Shown here one piece after another: positions 8,956-17,362 of a stretch of 63,541 nt of DNA. Both the position numbers and the translations under genes were made by a program. The stretch comes from a virus (lineage: Duplodnaviria; Caudoviricetes). The stretch covers positions 1-63,541 of IMG/VR virus record IMGVR_UViG_3300034062_004597. One strand, written 5' to 3'. The notes beneath the pieces were generated by a model. That model was not told where the DNA came from. It ran no database searches and saw only the letters and a list, made by a program, of their open reading frames with translations. The stretch's first letter is position 1. Each line of letters begins with the position of its first letter.

Positions 8956-9393
8956 TTGTGCCATCTTTTGTGGAACAATCAAAATGTGCTACTTGAAATC
9001 AAGTTATTTGAATTGACACCAGGACTACCAGGATTCATGGACATCCCATACCAGGGTAGACGATGCAGAAAGCACATTTGTGATCGAACTGCGATTGACA
9101 CGGCCTACGTGTACCTTGGTATCCAAAAAAAGAACAACAAATTTCCCGAAGAAATTATCGTGAATGATTTCTTTGTGTATCTGGCTTTGACCAAGCAAAT
9201 CAATACTTGTAGCAATACGCAGGTTCCGATCAAGAAGTTTATCAAAAACGAACTCAAAAACTGCAGGATTATGTACAGACCCGAGAAGGATTTCATCAAA
9301 AATTGTTTTGAATCAAAGTACAACCGTACACCAAGAAAACCTGTACTCAGAAATATGCGAATGGAGATTGAAGTAAGTGCGAGATATTCCTAA
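8956..9393 (+). CDS. hypothetical basic protein
   Basis: 145-aa ORF; start uncertain. Confidence 0.55.
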   Translation: MCHLLWNNQNVLLEIKLFELTPGLPGFMDIPYQGRRCRKHICDRTAIDTAYVYLGIQKKNNKFPEEIIVNDFFVYLALTKQINTCSNTQVPIKKFIKNELKNCRIMYRPEKDFIKNCFESKYNRTPRKPVLRNMRMEIEVSARYS

Positions 9394-9730
9394 GATTAAC
9401 ATACCAGGATTGACTTTCAAGAAGCCGTACGATCCTGATGCTGAAACGGAAGTTCCTGATCATGTGTACGTTGCTGAAATGGCGCAGGCACTGGAACTCG
9501 AAAGAGCTAGCCGCATCGAAGAGTTGAGATTGTCTTTTGACAAGAAGCTAAACAACTTGGAAAGACTTGATGTTACTCCAGAGTACATCGAAGAACTCAA
9601 ATCGCTTGGAATATACAAAGAATTCAACGAAAAGTACACAAAAGCGGTAGCAAACATGTCTTTTGCTAGGACTATGCAGGCCATTGAAATTTACGATGAT
9701 ATGTCTGACGCAGGATTTGATTTTGACTAA
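9377..9730 (+). CDS. hypothetical protein
   Basis: 117-aa ORF overlapping the previous gene. Confidence 0.6.
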   Translation: MRDIPKINIPGLTFKKPYDPDAETEVPDHVYVAEMAQALELERASRIEELRLSFDKKLNNLERLDVTPEYIEELKSLGIYKEFNEKYTKAVANMSFARTMQAIEIYDDMSDAGFDFD

Positions 9731-9735
9731 GAATT

Positions 9736-10113
9736 TTACTTGGTCTTTTGATCACGAAGTTTGCTAAGCAACTCTTGTTTTTCGTTTAGCAAATGATTGT
9801 AATTGTCTTGCAGATTTTGAAGGTCAACCCGGAATGAAGCGATGTCCGATTTAAGTTTTAAGTTTTCCTCGTGCTGAAGCCTAAGTTCTGCTCGTAACTT
9901 CCCAATGTCTTCAATCAAAGCCTCATTTTCGATTTTATGCCGAGCTAAGTCTTCGAGAACTTCTTTTCGGAAAGATTGTTGATCAACGAAAAATGATCGC
10001 TGAAAGTCATTGGACTGTTTCCGACTGCTGGTGAGATGTCCTAGTACAGTTCCAACAACGGTACCGATACCAACCATAAATACTTCACTGGTGAAAATTG
10101 TTGTGATGTCCAT
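9736..10113 (-). CDS. N-terminal TM plus coiled-coil protein (possible holin/lysis accessory)
   Basis: FMVGIGTVVGTVLG helix then heptad-rich tail; TGGTATAAAAT just upstream of ATG 10113. Confidence 0.6.
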   Translation of the reverse strand: MDITTIFTSEVFMVGIGTVVGTVLGHLTSSRKQSNDFQRSFFVDQQSFRKEVLEDLARHKIENEALIEDIGKLRAELRLQHEENLKLKSDIASFRVDLQNLQDNYNHLLNEKQELLSKLRDQKTK

Positions 10114-10164
10114 GACAATGATTTTATACCACAACTGGGCATTTACACACAAAACCGTGTACAA

Positions 10165-10840
10165 GCAAATTCTAGGCCTTTGTTTTTGGATACCCCTCCC
10201 AACATACCACTTGCACCCTAAAACGCCTGTGCGTTGCTTCTAGGCCACCAAAACGGGGTATTCTGTGGCGAGGACGCACCCGCCAAGGCAGGGCCGCGCC
10301 TCTTATCAAAACAATTGCTCCGTAGAGGCAATCAGGCATTGGGAAATTTTCAAATTTAATTTCTTGATCAATTCTCCCTGGGAAATCCTGAGAAATTGAA
10401 AAAGAAGATTCCCGGGCTACTCCTGGGAGCTTGCGACCAGGAACTAGAAATTTCCATCATTTCCGGGCGAAGCCTGGGAAGTGGAAATTTCACAAATTCG
10501 TACTTGCTATATACACTATATACGCGTGACGCGTGTACGCTGGTGTCATGTGTGCGCGTTAAAAAAGAATAAAATTCCTATGGCGCAGCTTGAGAGCCGC
10601 GAGGCTCAATGGGAAATTTTGTAATACGACTTTGCCTGCGGCAAAGCCCGTAGCTCACTTACGTTCGCTACCCGCGTTTTCATTCTCAATTTTCTAATTC
10701 AATTTTTCACCGAAGGTGATACACTATTATATACACGTGCGCTTACGCGCACTCTAAAGGGTGTAAATTTTAATTTACTCGTTTGCCCCGAAAGGGGGTG
10801 TTGGGGGTCAGGGGGAAGAGGGGGAAAACCTGGGGCGTGT
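10165..10840. other. non-coding hairpin-rich region, candidate replication origin
   Basis: Largest intergenic gap; at least 8 inverted repeats with GNA/GNRA loops, repeated GGAAATTT motifs and G-tracts. Confidence 0.55.
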
Positions 10841-10848
10841 GGTATAAT
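10841..10848 (+). promoter_or_regulatory. extended -10 promoter (TGGTATAAT), leaderless
   Basis: TATAAT 10843-10848, ATG at 10855, no SD. Confidence 0.7.
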
Positions 10849-10854
10849 TCCAAC

Positions 10855-11475
10855 ATGAGTGAATTTACTCCGACAGTTGATCAGCAGGAATCCTTGAAGT
10901 TGTTTGAATACGGATTTTACCGGATTGACGATTTAGCCAGAGAAGCAGGATCAGAAGCTGCAAACAATTCAAAAACCAGATTCAAGTCTGACCTGCTGGA
11001 ACTACAAGAAATCGCTAAGCAATCAGGTTTGCAAGTGTTCATCCAAGAAAAAAATCCAGACCTTTGCCTTTCGACGGCTGTGCCTGGTGGTGGATTTAAT
11101 ATCAAAGTCCACGAAGAACGAGGATTTGCTCAGGTTAGTGGATGGTTACTCACGAGAACACCACAACCGTTTTTGATCGAAACCGTCAAGGCAGGAGTCT
11201 ACGGGAAAACCCAAATTCCGTACATCGTTGCGATCCCGAACATGTCTAAGCAGGAATTTTACAATACCTTCAAAACCGAATCGACGGTAGGTATTATCTT
11301 CTCAGGACTGGCAATGCCGATCCAACCGTACGGCGGATTCATGGAAGAAAATGGCATTGATCCACTTGTGGAAATCTTTGTAATCACACATGCCAGAAAC
11401 ACTGACGACGAGTTCACCAAGTTAACTTTACCAAGCCTTGACGATCCAAAGCTAACGCCTTTCGGTTGGGGGTAA
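10855..11475 (+). CDS. hypothetical protein
   Basis: Start reassigned to the ATG 6 nt after the -10 box. Confidence 0.7.
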   Translation: MSEFTPTVDQQESLKLFEYGFYRIDDLAREAGSEAANNSKTRFKSDLLELQEIAKQSGLQVFIQEKNPDLCLSTAVPGGGFNIKVHEERGFAQVSGWLLTRTPQPFLIETVKAGVYGKTQIPYIVAIPNMSKQEFYNTFKTESTVGIIFSGLAMPIQPYGGFMEENGIDPLVEIFVITHARNTDDEFTKLTLPSLDDPKLTPFGWG

Positions 11476-11476
11476 C

Positions 11477-11872
11477 ATGTCTCAAGAATACAGGCTAATC
11501 GAACACATCCATAAGCTCAGGAATAGTATTCCTTTGCAGACAGCGATCTACAAACCTGGAGAGGTTGTGGGTAACCCAGACTTCGAGATTAGGTTAGAGC
11601 AAGCACTACGAACGCTGAATGTCAAACTCGTACAAGTCGAGAAGCCGTTGTACTATTCCTTCGACTTCGAGGAAAGAATTCTCATGGGCCTGTATCCGCA
11701 CAATCCAGAATCGCTTTGGTGGATGTTGATTAACCTCGCACACCTGGTAGCTATGCCAACGACAACTCAGTACGGGTTTGAATTTGCCCGTTATGCAGGT
11801 GCGGAAATCTTGTATTTCAGCCAATTTGAGGGCGAGTGGTATAATACCTACACGGGCATGGAAAAGCTCTAA
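11477..11872 (+). CDS. hypothetical protein, degenerate SprT/zincin-like
   Basis: LINLAHLVA...YGFEFAR resembles HExxH...HGxEF with zinc ligands lost. Confidence 0.55.
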   Translation: MSQEYRLIEHIHKLRNSIPLQTAIYKPGEVVGNPDFEIRLEQALRTLNVKLVQVEKPLYYSFDFEERILMGLYPHNPESLWWMLINLAHLVAMPTTTQYGFEFARYAGAEILYFSQFEGEWYNTYTGMEKL

Positions 11873-11975
11873 AATACTTATCAACTACCTAACCACTAAT
11901 TGGTCAGACTTGTTACAAGCTCAGCCGAAGGCTGAGCGAACAATAGGACGGTTGATTGCACCCCTAAATTGGCTA
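11860..11975 (-). ncRNA. TnpB omega-RNA 3' scaffold / IS605-type right end plus predicted guide
   Basis: Minus strand: ATCAAC...GCTCAGCC-TTC-GGCTGAGC...CTGACCA-ATTAG-TGGTTAG-GTAGTTGAT; ATCAAC pairs with terminal GTTGAT; guide = next ~20 nt; 5' boundary unknown. Confidence 0.65.
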
Positions 11976-13005
11976 TATTCTTACTTGCGTTAAAGTCAGC
12001 ATTCTCTGTGTGTCCGCAGGACATGCAGAGAAACAGTTCTTGACTCTTTCGGTTTTTCTTTTCGCAATGTCCACATGCTGAACACGTCTGCGACGTGTAT
12101 GCTGGTTTGACAATCACCAAAGGAACTCCATAAAGTTCTGACTTGTAAGTAATGTAGCTTCTAAGCTGGAAGAAACTCCAACTCATACGTTCACTTCTAT
12201 TAACCCGCCTGACCGTTACTTGTTTGTTGATACCAGTTAGCTCTTCCAGAGCCAATGAGTATCCAAGTGCCTTCGCTTTTGTTACTAGAAGTTTTGAAAT
12301 AACATGGTTAGTGTCTTTTCTAAATCTTGATTCTTTTTTACCAATTGTTTTAATTCGTTTTCTTGCAGAGCGTGTTCCACGCTTTTGAAGTCGTTGCCTA
12401 TGGGCATGTAGTTGTTTTCGTTTCTTCTCGATGTGTTCACCAGAAAATACATCACCTTCAGAACTCACAGCAATTTTCTTGACTCCAAGATCAACACCCA
12501 TGACGCCTTTGGCGTCATATTTCTCTGGCGTAGGCACAACTAGATTACAGATCAAGTAGAAGTTACCATCCTGCAGCACTAAGTCTACCTGACCTTTTCT
12601 AAAATTAAATTTGTCTTTGTCGTAAACTTGGATAGGAATATCCATTCTACCATCGTTTGTCCAGATGTTTACGACATCTTCACCTTTGAATTTTATGATT
12701 CTATCATCGTAGACTACAGCAGAATTTTTCTTGAAGTAATTTTGGTGATGTCGAGTTCTCTTAATTTTGTACGAGTCAGACACAACACCTATGGCTCTGA
12801 TAACAAGTTGTGATCCGCATAGTGGAAACGTTTCACGTTGACTTCTGTAAACAAGATGATGGAGTTGAATTTTTTGATATTCTTTCGCCTCGAATGCTTG
12901 ACGAGAAATATCGTTGCAGACATCGTTGAAGGTATTCATAGTGCGCATAAGCGCACGATGTTGAATCTCATTAGTTTTGAGTTTCACCTTCAAAGTGATG
13001 TGCAT
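11896..13005 (-). CDS. tnpB: TnpB (IS200/IS605 OrfB, Cas12f-related) RNA-guided nuclease
   Basis: RuvC-I GVDLG, RuvC-II LEEL, zinc finger TSQTCSACG...CMSCG, RuvC-III NADFNASKNI; start MHITLK 6 nt after GGTATAAC. Confidence 0.93.
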   Translation of the reverse strand: MHITLKVKLKTNEIQHRALMRTMNTFNDVCNDISRQAFEAKEYQKIQLHHLVYRSQRETFPLCGSQLVIRAIGVVSDSYKIKRTRHHQNYFKKNSAVVYDDRIIKFKGEDVVNIWTNDGRMDIPIQVYDKDKFNFRKGQVDLVLQDGNFYLICNLVVPTPEKYDAKGVMGVDLGVKKIAVSSEGDVFSGEHIEKKRKQLHAHRQRLQKRGTRSARKRIKTIGKKESRFRKDTNHVISKLLVTKAKALGYSLALEELTGINKQVTVRRVNRSERMSWSFFQLRSYITYKSELYGVPLVIVKPAYTSQTCSACGHCEKKNRKSQELFLCMSCGHTENADFNASKNIANLGVQSTVLLFAQPSAELVTSLTN

Positions 13006-13009
13006 AATA

Positions 13010-13054
13010 ATGTTATACCGCGTTTTAGGGTATAATATCCACAAGGGCTACTGT
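13010..13054. promoter_or_regulatory. back-to-back divergent -10 promoters for tnpB and the phosphoesterase
   Basis: GGTATAAC (-) and GGTATAAT (+) form a 10-bp inverted repeat at 13010-13038; TACTGT 6 nt before ATG 13061. Confidence 0.6.
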
Positions 13055-13060
13055 AAGTAT

Positions 13061-14353
13061 ATGATTTGGCAAAAAGAAGAAGTTGAGTGGTTGCAAGCCA
13101 ACCAAGAGTTAGATTTGTCCGCTAAGGCCAGTTACTTGAAAAGATCGTACGATTCCGTGCGTAAGAAGGTCAAGAGTCTTGAGAACGAAGGCAAGGTAAC
13201 CAACCTAAAAGATTTTGCGAGTGTAGAAGGTCACATCCGCGTTAACGAAGCAGGAACAATCCTTGAAGGCGTACTTGAACGTAGACACATCACGGTTGAC
13301 TACATCCACGAAGCCTACAACATTGATCCAGAAGAATACAAGATCGTCAAGATCATCTTCGGCAATCACGAAGGCTTAACGAAAGACAACGACGGTGATG
13401 CTCACATTCACCAGATGGTAAACTTCAAAGTTATCATCGAACCAAACAAGGACAGCAAGTTCTACAAGGCCGTTCTTGATCAGATCATCAGCCGTGTACC
13501 GAAAGCTGCTCCACGAGTTATCAAGCCTACCTTTACAGGTGAAAATGTTCTCGAAATAGCTATCGTGGATCACCACTTAGGAAAGAAAATTGCTAAGGGA
13601 AATACTGGCTACCACGACTACGACATGGAAGAGGCACTGTCTCAGCACATGATAGCTCTCAGGACACTTGTGGGTAAAGCACAAGTACACGACGTAGGCA
13701 AGGCAATTTATGTACTCGGTAACGACTTGCTACACATTGACACTCCTGCACGTACAACAACCCGTGGGACGCAGCAGCACACCACAGGCAATCTGCAAGA
13801 AATCTTTATGAGTGCTGCCGAACTTACGATTCAATCTGTTGACTTCCTACGCAACAATTTCAAAGAGGTTTTGATTGTATGTACTCCTGGCAACCACGAC
13901 ACTATTTCCACATGGATGCTAAGTAAGCTAATCGAAGCGCACTACAAGGACAACGAAGAAGTAAAGCACCTTAACAAGCCTTTACCGAGGCAGTACGTGA
14001 CCATCGGTAACACGATCATCATGTTTACCCACGGACACCAGATGAAGGCTAAGAAACTTGCTGCCAAGATGCCAGGTGAGATTGAATGGATTGAAGGTAA
14101 GTTCCCGTTCAAGGAAATTCACGTAGGACACTTCCACCACGAAAAGGTAGAAGACATCGACGGTAAGATGTACCGTATCTTGCCTTCTCTCACACCAGTA
14201 GACGAATGGCACAATGACAATGGATGGATCGGTGCTAACATGCGATCAAAAGCCTTCGTATGGAATCCGTTGACCGGATGCGAAGCTGAAATCTATTTCA
14301 CACCGTTTTACGAAGCACCTGAAATACCACATTTCTCTTTAAGCAGGCTGTAA
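13061..14353 (+). CDS. calcineurin-like metallophosphoesterase with N-terminal HTH-like region
   Basis: DHHLG, GNDLLH, PGNHD, THGH, GHFHH. Confidence 0.85.
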   Translation: MIWQKEEVEWLQANQELDLSAKASYLKRSYDSVRKKVKSLENEGKVTNLKDFASVEGHIRVNEAGTILEGVLERRHITVDYIHEAYNIDPEEYKIVKIIFGNHEGLTKDNDGDAHIHQMVNFKVIIEPNKDSKFYKAVLDQIISRVPKAAPRVIKPTFTGENVLEIAIVDHHLGKKIAKGNTGYHDYDMEEALSQHMIALRTLVGKAQVHDVGKAIYVLGNDLLHIDTPARTTTRGTQQHTTGNLQEIFMSAAELTIQSVDFLRNNFKEVLIVCTPGNHDTISTWMLSKLIEAHYKDNEEVKHLNKPLPRQYVTIGNTIIMFTHGHQMKAKKLAAKMPGEIEWIEGKFPFKEIHVGHFHHEKVEDIDGKMYRILPSLTPVDEWHNDNGWIGANMRSKAFVWNPLTGCEAEIYFTPFYEAPEIPHFSLSRL

Positions 14354-14384
14354 TACGGTAAATAACCATTAGAGGAAAATTTAT

Positions 14385-15839
14385 TTGATACACGCTCTGG
14401 CATTCAAACAAAACAAGACAAAGGGGTTCGTAGACACACTTCACGCAAACGAAGTTGGCGGTAAACTCACACGTCAATCCGGGTTTGGTGTCGGTGGCCC
14501 GACTCAAGATGGTAAATACTCCCACGACCAAGCTGCTCGTTTGTTTAGGGAAAACCCTATCATTCGACGAGCAATTTTGTTTGGATCAAACCAGATCAAG
14601 GTACTCAACTGGGACATCTTTGCTGAAGACAGTAAGAACCGCACCACAAAAGTTCGTAAAGGTTATCCATACAAAATTCTTGAGTTCTGTAATCCCCAAC
14701 AATCGTTTAGAGACCTTGTAGCCCAGCACTACGCTGACGCAGAACTCTACGGAAACGCCTTTATCGTAATCGAGAAGACTGCTCCAGAGTATGCAAACAT
14801 TAGCCCTTTGTCTCTTTACCCGCTCAACCCTAAGTATGTTCAGATCGTTCCAGACGAGGAAACGAAGGTTCGCTGGTATGTCTACAAGAACGGCACGGAT
14901 GAATTCGCCTATCCCGAGAATATGGTTATCCATACGTACGAGTACGCTTCTTCAAATTACTATCTCGGTGATAAAGCAGTTGATGCTGCTGACTTTGATA
15001 TTCAAATTGAAAAGCTGACAAAACGTGCTTCTCGCAATATACAACAACAAGCAGCGGTTATCTCTGGTGTGCTTACTTGTAAGAACACAATTGGTGCTGA
15101 CGAATTAGCAAGGCTTAAAAAGGAATTTAACGAACAATACGCTGGAAGCAAGAATTCTTACAGAGTCCTCGTGCTTGAAAAAGACATGGAGTACAAGTCT
15201 CTGAATCAGTCCTCAGCACATGAAGGTGTTATGGAGCTTATCACACAGGCGCAGAAGAACCAAGCAATCGCTTTCGGTGTGCCGTTTGCTTTACTTGACG
15301 CTGAATCAAAGGATATTGATAAGTTAGAAAGTTTCTTCTGGAGAACAAAACTTGTACCTTGGGCATTGACATTCCAAGAGACTGTCACAAAGAAGTTATG
15401 CGCTCCTGTGGTCAGTGGGCTGTCTGCTAATACTCGAATTGGTAAGTTGTACTTCGCATTTAGATTTAAGGAAGTTCAAGCCCTACGCCGAGAAATGCTT
15501 GATGATATGCGTGTGATCACTGCTGCCCTTAACACAGGTAAGATGACTCCTAACGAGGCTCGTGAATTCACTGGTGATGATCCGTATGACGGTGAAGCAG
15601 AAGAGTTTGGAAATCTTCCAAGACCAGTGTATGACAACAAGATGGGTACGAAAGCGCAGGAAGCGGCAGACGCAGCTTCACCATCACTAACTTTACCAGG
15701 TTCAATGGGCGGTAGAGACCAATCAGACGGCGGGGAAGCACAGCTTGTTGATGAGACAGGAACGAGGTCTGTGCCACTTACTGAGAACGAAAAGTTACTA
15801 GCAATGTGGAATAAACTTGATAGTAAGGGCAAACAATGA
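14385..15839 (+). CDS. portal protein (HK97 family)
   Basis: LYGNAF, LYPLNP..V, GVL...G..N...V.VLE..MEY, IAFGVP, MTPNEAR; start uncertain (TTG). Confidence 0.9.
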   Translation: MIHALAFKQNKTKGFVDTLHANEVGGKLTRQSGFGVGGPTQDGKYSHDQAARLFRENPIIRRAILFGSNQIKVLNWDIFAEDSKNRTTKVRKGYPYKILEFCNPQQSFRDLVAQHYADAELYGNAFIVIEKTAPEYANISPLSLYPLNPKYVQIVPDEETKVRWYVYKNGTDEFAYPENMVIHTYEYASSNYYLGDKAVDAADFDIQIEKLTKRASRNIQQQAAVISGVLTCKNTIGADELARLKKEFNEQYAGSKNSYRVLVLEKDMEYKSLNQSSAHEGVMELITQAQKNQAIAFGVPFALLDAESKDIDKLESFFWRTKLVPWALTFQETVTKKLCAPVVSGLSANTRIGKLYFAFRFKEVQALRREMLDDMRVITAALNTGKMTPNEAREFTGDDPYDGEAEEFGNLPRPVYDNKMGTKAQEAADAASPSLTLPGSMGGRDQSDGGEAQLVDETGTRSVPLTENEKLLAMWNKLDSKGKQ

Positions 15840-17260
15840 CAAACGTTTTCAAGCCAGGTGTACCAGTTGATCCAGAAACCAAGATTCTAAGACTTGGTGA
15901 CATTAAGAGTACCCTAGGTGACTTTGAGGATAGTACATCAACCAAACAAATGTCTGGATACGTTAGCGTGTCTACCCCAGACTTGGTTAATGACATTATC
16001 GAGCCTGCAGCATGGAATAAGCACCTTTGGAGATACCTTAACAATCCAGTGTATTGCTTCATGCACGATCACTTGCAACCAATTGGCCACGTAAAGAACT
16101 CATACACTGATGCAAACGGTTTGTATTTGGAAGGAATTACTCTTTCAGATATTCCGTTAGTCAGAGATATGCTATGGCCTATGATCAAAGACGGCAGCCT
16201 TAAACAGCAGTCAGTCGGATTTAGGTCACTGGCTGGTGAGTACGTTAGCAATGCTAAGTTCTACAAGCACACCGAATGCTATCTACTTGAGAGTTCGCTC
16301 GTAACGGTAGCTTGTAACCCGGATGCAATGCTGGATCAAATCAAGAAGATTTCAAAGTTCATACCGGACTACGAAAATATTTATGGCAATAATGTCAACA
16401 AGTTTATGGCAGATTACTCTGCTGGTAAACTCCCGTCCCTTTCTGAAGTAAGAAAAGAGTTTTATATGAGCATACCAAACGAATCGTCAACAGTCGAAGA
16501 GACTAAATCCCAAGTCGCAAGTCCTCTGTACGAAGCGTGTGAGCCTTCTACAGTCCTTGACGGTGATAATGTTAGCAATGATGACACCCACCTTATCAAG
16601 CGTGTCAACGGCAAGCGTTTAGACTATGCCCTTCGAGTTGGTACTCAGCACAAGTCTGGTGTGGACATTACGTTTGAAGACCTGGCTATCTCCACGTACA
16701 AGTTGCTTGGAGCTAGAACAGATTTTGTATTTGCTCCTGGTGAGCGCGAGAAGGCTATTAAGCGAGTAGCTGGTCTTTACCGACAGCTTGAAAAGTCTGT
16801 ACCAACACACAACGGTGTTGATATTGATAAGCTAGAAGATGTTGCTCTTTACGAAACTGTGAAGTACGACACTGTTACTTTCGCAGAGAACGAGCCTTTC
16901 ATTTACGAGCAGAAAACGTTCGAGAATCAAATGAATTCGGCTATCAACATTCTAAGTAGTTGGAATAAGTCTGGGGCTGTCACTAAGGATACAATCGACA
17001 TGCTTCTCAAGTACGTGTACGCTGTGTTTGAAGTTTACGTATCAATTGGTGACAGGGAAGATGCTGACATGGTTAATGCAATCATTGATGCCATGATGAG
17101 TGCTGCTGAAGCTGCTAAGGAAGATGAGCCACCTAGTATCTACGAAATGAATACAGATAGCGAAGTAGAGAAGTCTGAAGAAGCTGCTGAAACGCCTGAA
17201 GAGTCAAAGATTGACAAAGAATTCGCAGAACTTATGAAGAAATTCGCAAAAAAGCAGTAA
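15836..17260 (+). CDS. HK97-type prohead protease with C-terminal extension
   Basis: GYVS, DIIEP.AW, MHDH..PIG, SVGF, LLESSLVT..CNPDA. Confidence 0.88.
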   Translation: MTNVFKPGVPVDPETKILRLGDIKSTLGDFEDSTSTKQMSGYVSVSTPDLVNDIIEPAAWNKHLWRYLNNPVYCFMHDHLQPIGHVKNSYTDANGLYLEGITLSDIPLVRDMLWPMIKDGSLKQQSVGFRSLAGEYVSNAKFYKHTECYLLESSLVTVACNPDAMLDQIKKISKFIPDYENIYGNNVNKFMADYSAGKLPSLSEVRKEFYMSIPNESSTVEETKSQVASPLYEACEPSTVLDGDNVSNDDTHLIKRVNGKRLDYALRVGTQHKSGVDITFEDLAISTYKLLGARTDFVFAPGEREKAIKRVAGLYRQLEKSVPTHNGVDIDKLEDVALYETVKYDTVTFAENEPFIYEQKTFENQMNSAINILSSWNKSGAVTKDTIDMLLKYVYAVFEVYVSIGDREDADMVNAIIDAMMSAAEAAKEDEPPSIYEMNTDSEVEKSEEAAETPEESKIDKEFAELMKKFAKKQ

Positions 17261-17281
17261 AAAATTATCCATAAAGCATTT

Positions 17282-17320
17282 AATCGCTACTGATATGTGG
17301 AATACATATTAGTAGCGATT
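17282..17320 (+). promoter_or_regulatory. 17-bp RNA hairpin upstream of the major capsid gene
   Basis: AATCGCTACTGATATGT-GGAAT-ACATATTAGTAGCGATT (one G-U), no U-tract. Confidence 0.6.
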
Positions 17321-17362
17321 CTCATGGAGACCTATCCGCGTTAGAATCTGAAGGAAAATACA

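Noticed and set aside
10215-10226. 12-mer ACCCTAAAACGC also found inverted at 13020-13031 in the tnpB promoter gap
   Set aside because: One 12-nt match is within chance given many comparisons, and it is not the predicted guide
10622-10631. TAATACGACT, the first 10 nt of the T7 promoter
   Set aside because: Match stops at 10 nt and no T7-like RNA polymerase is present
11860-13060. TnpB as a Cas12f CRISPR effector
   Set aside because: No repeat-spacer array or other cas genes seen; an IS-type right end is present instead
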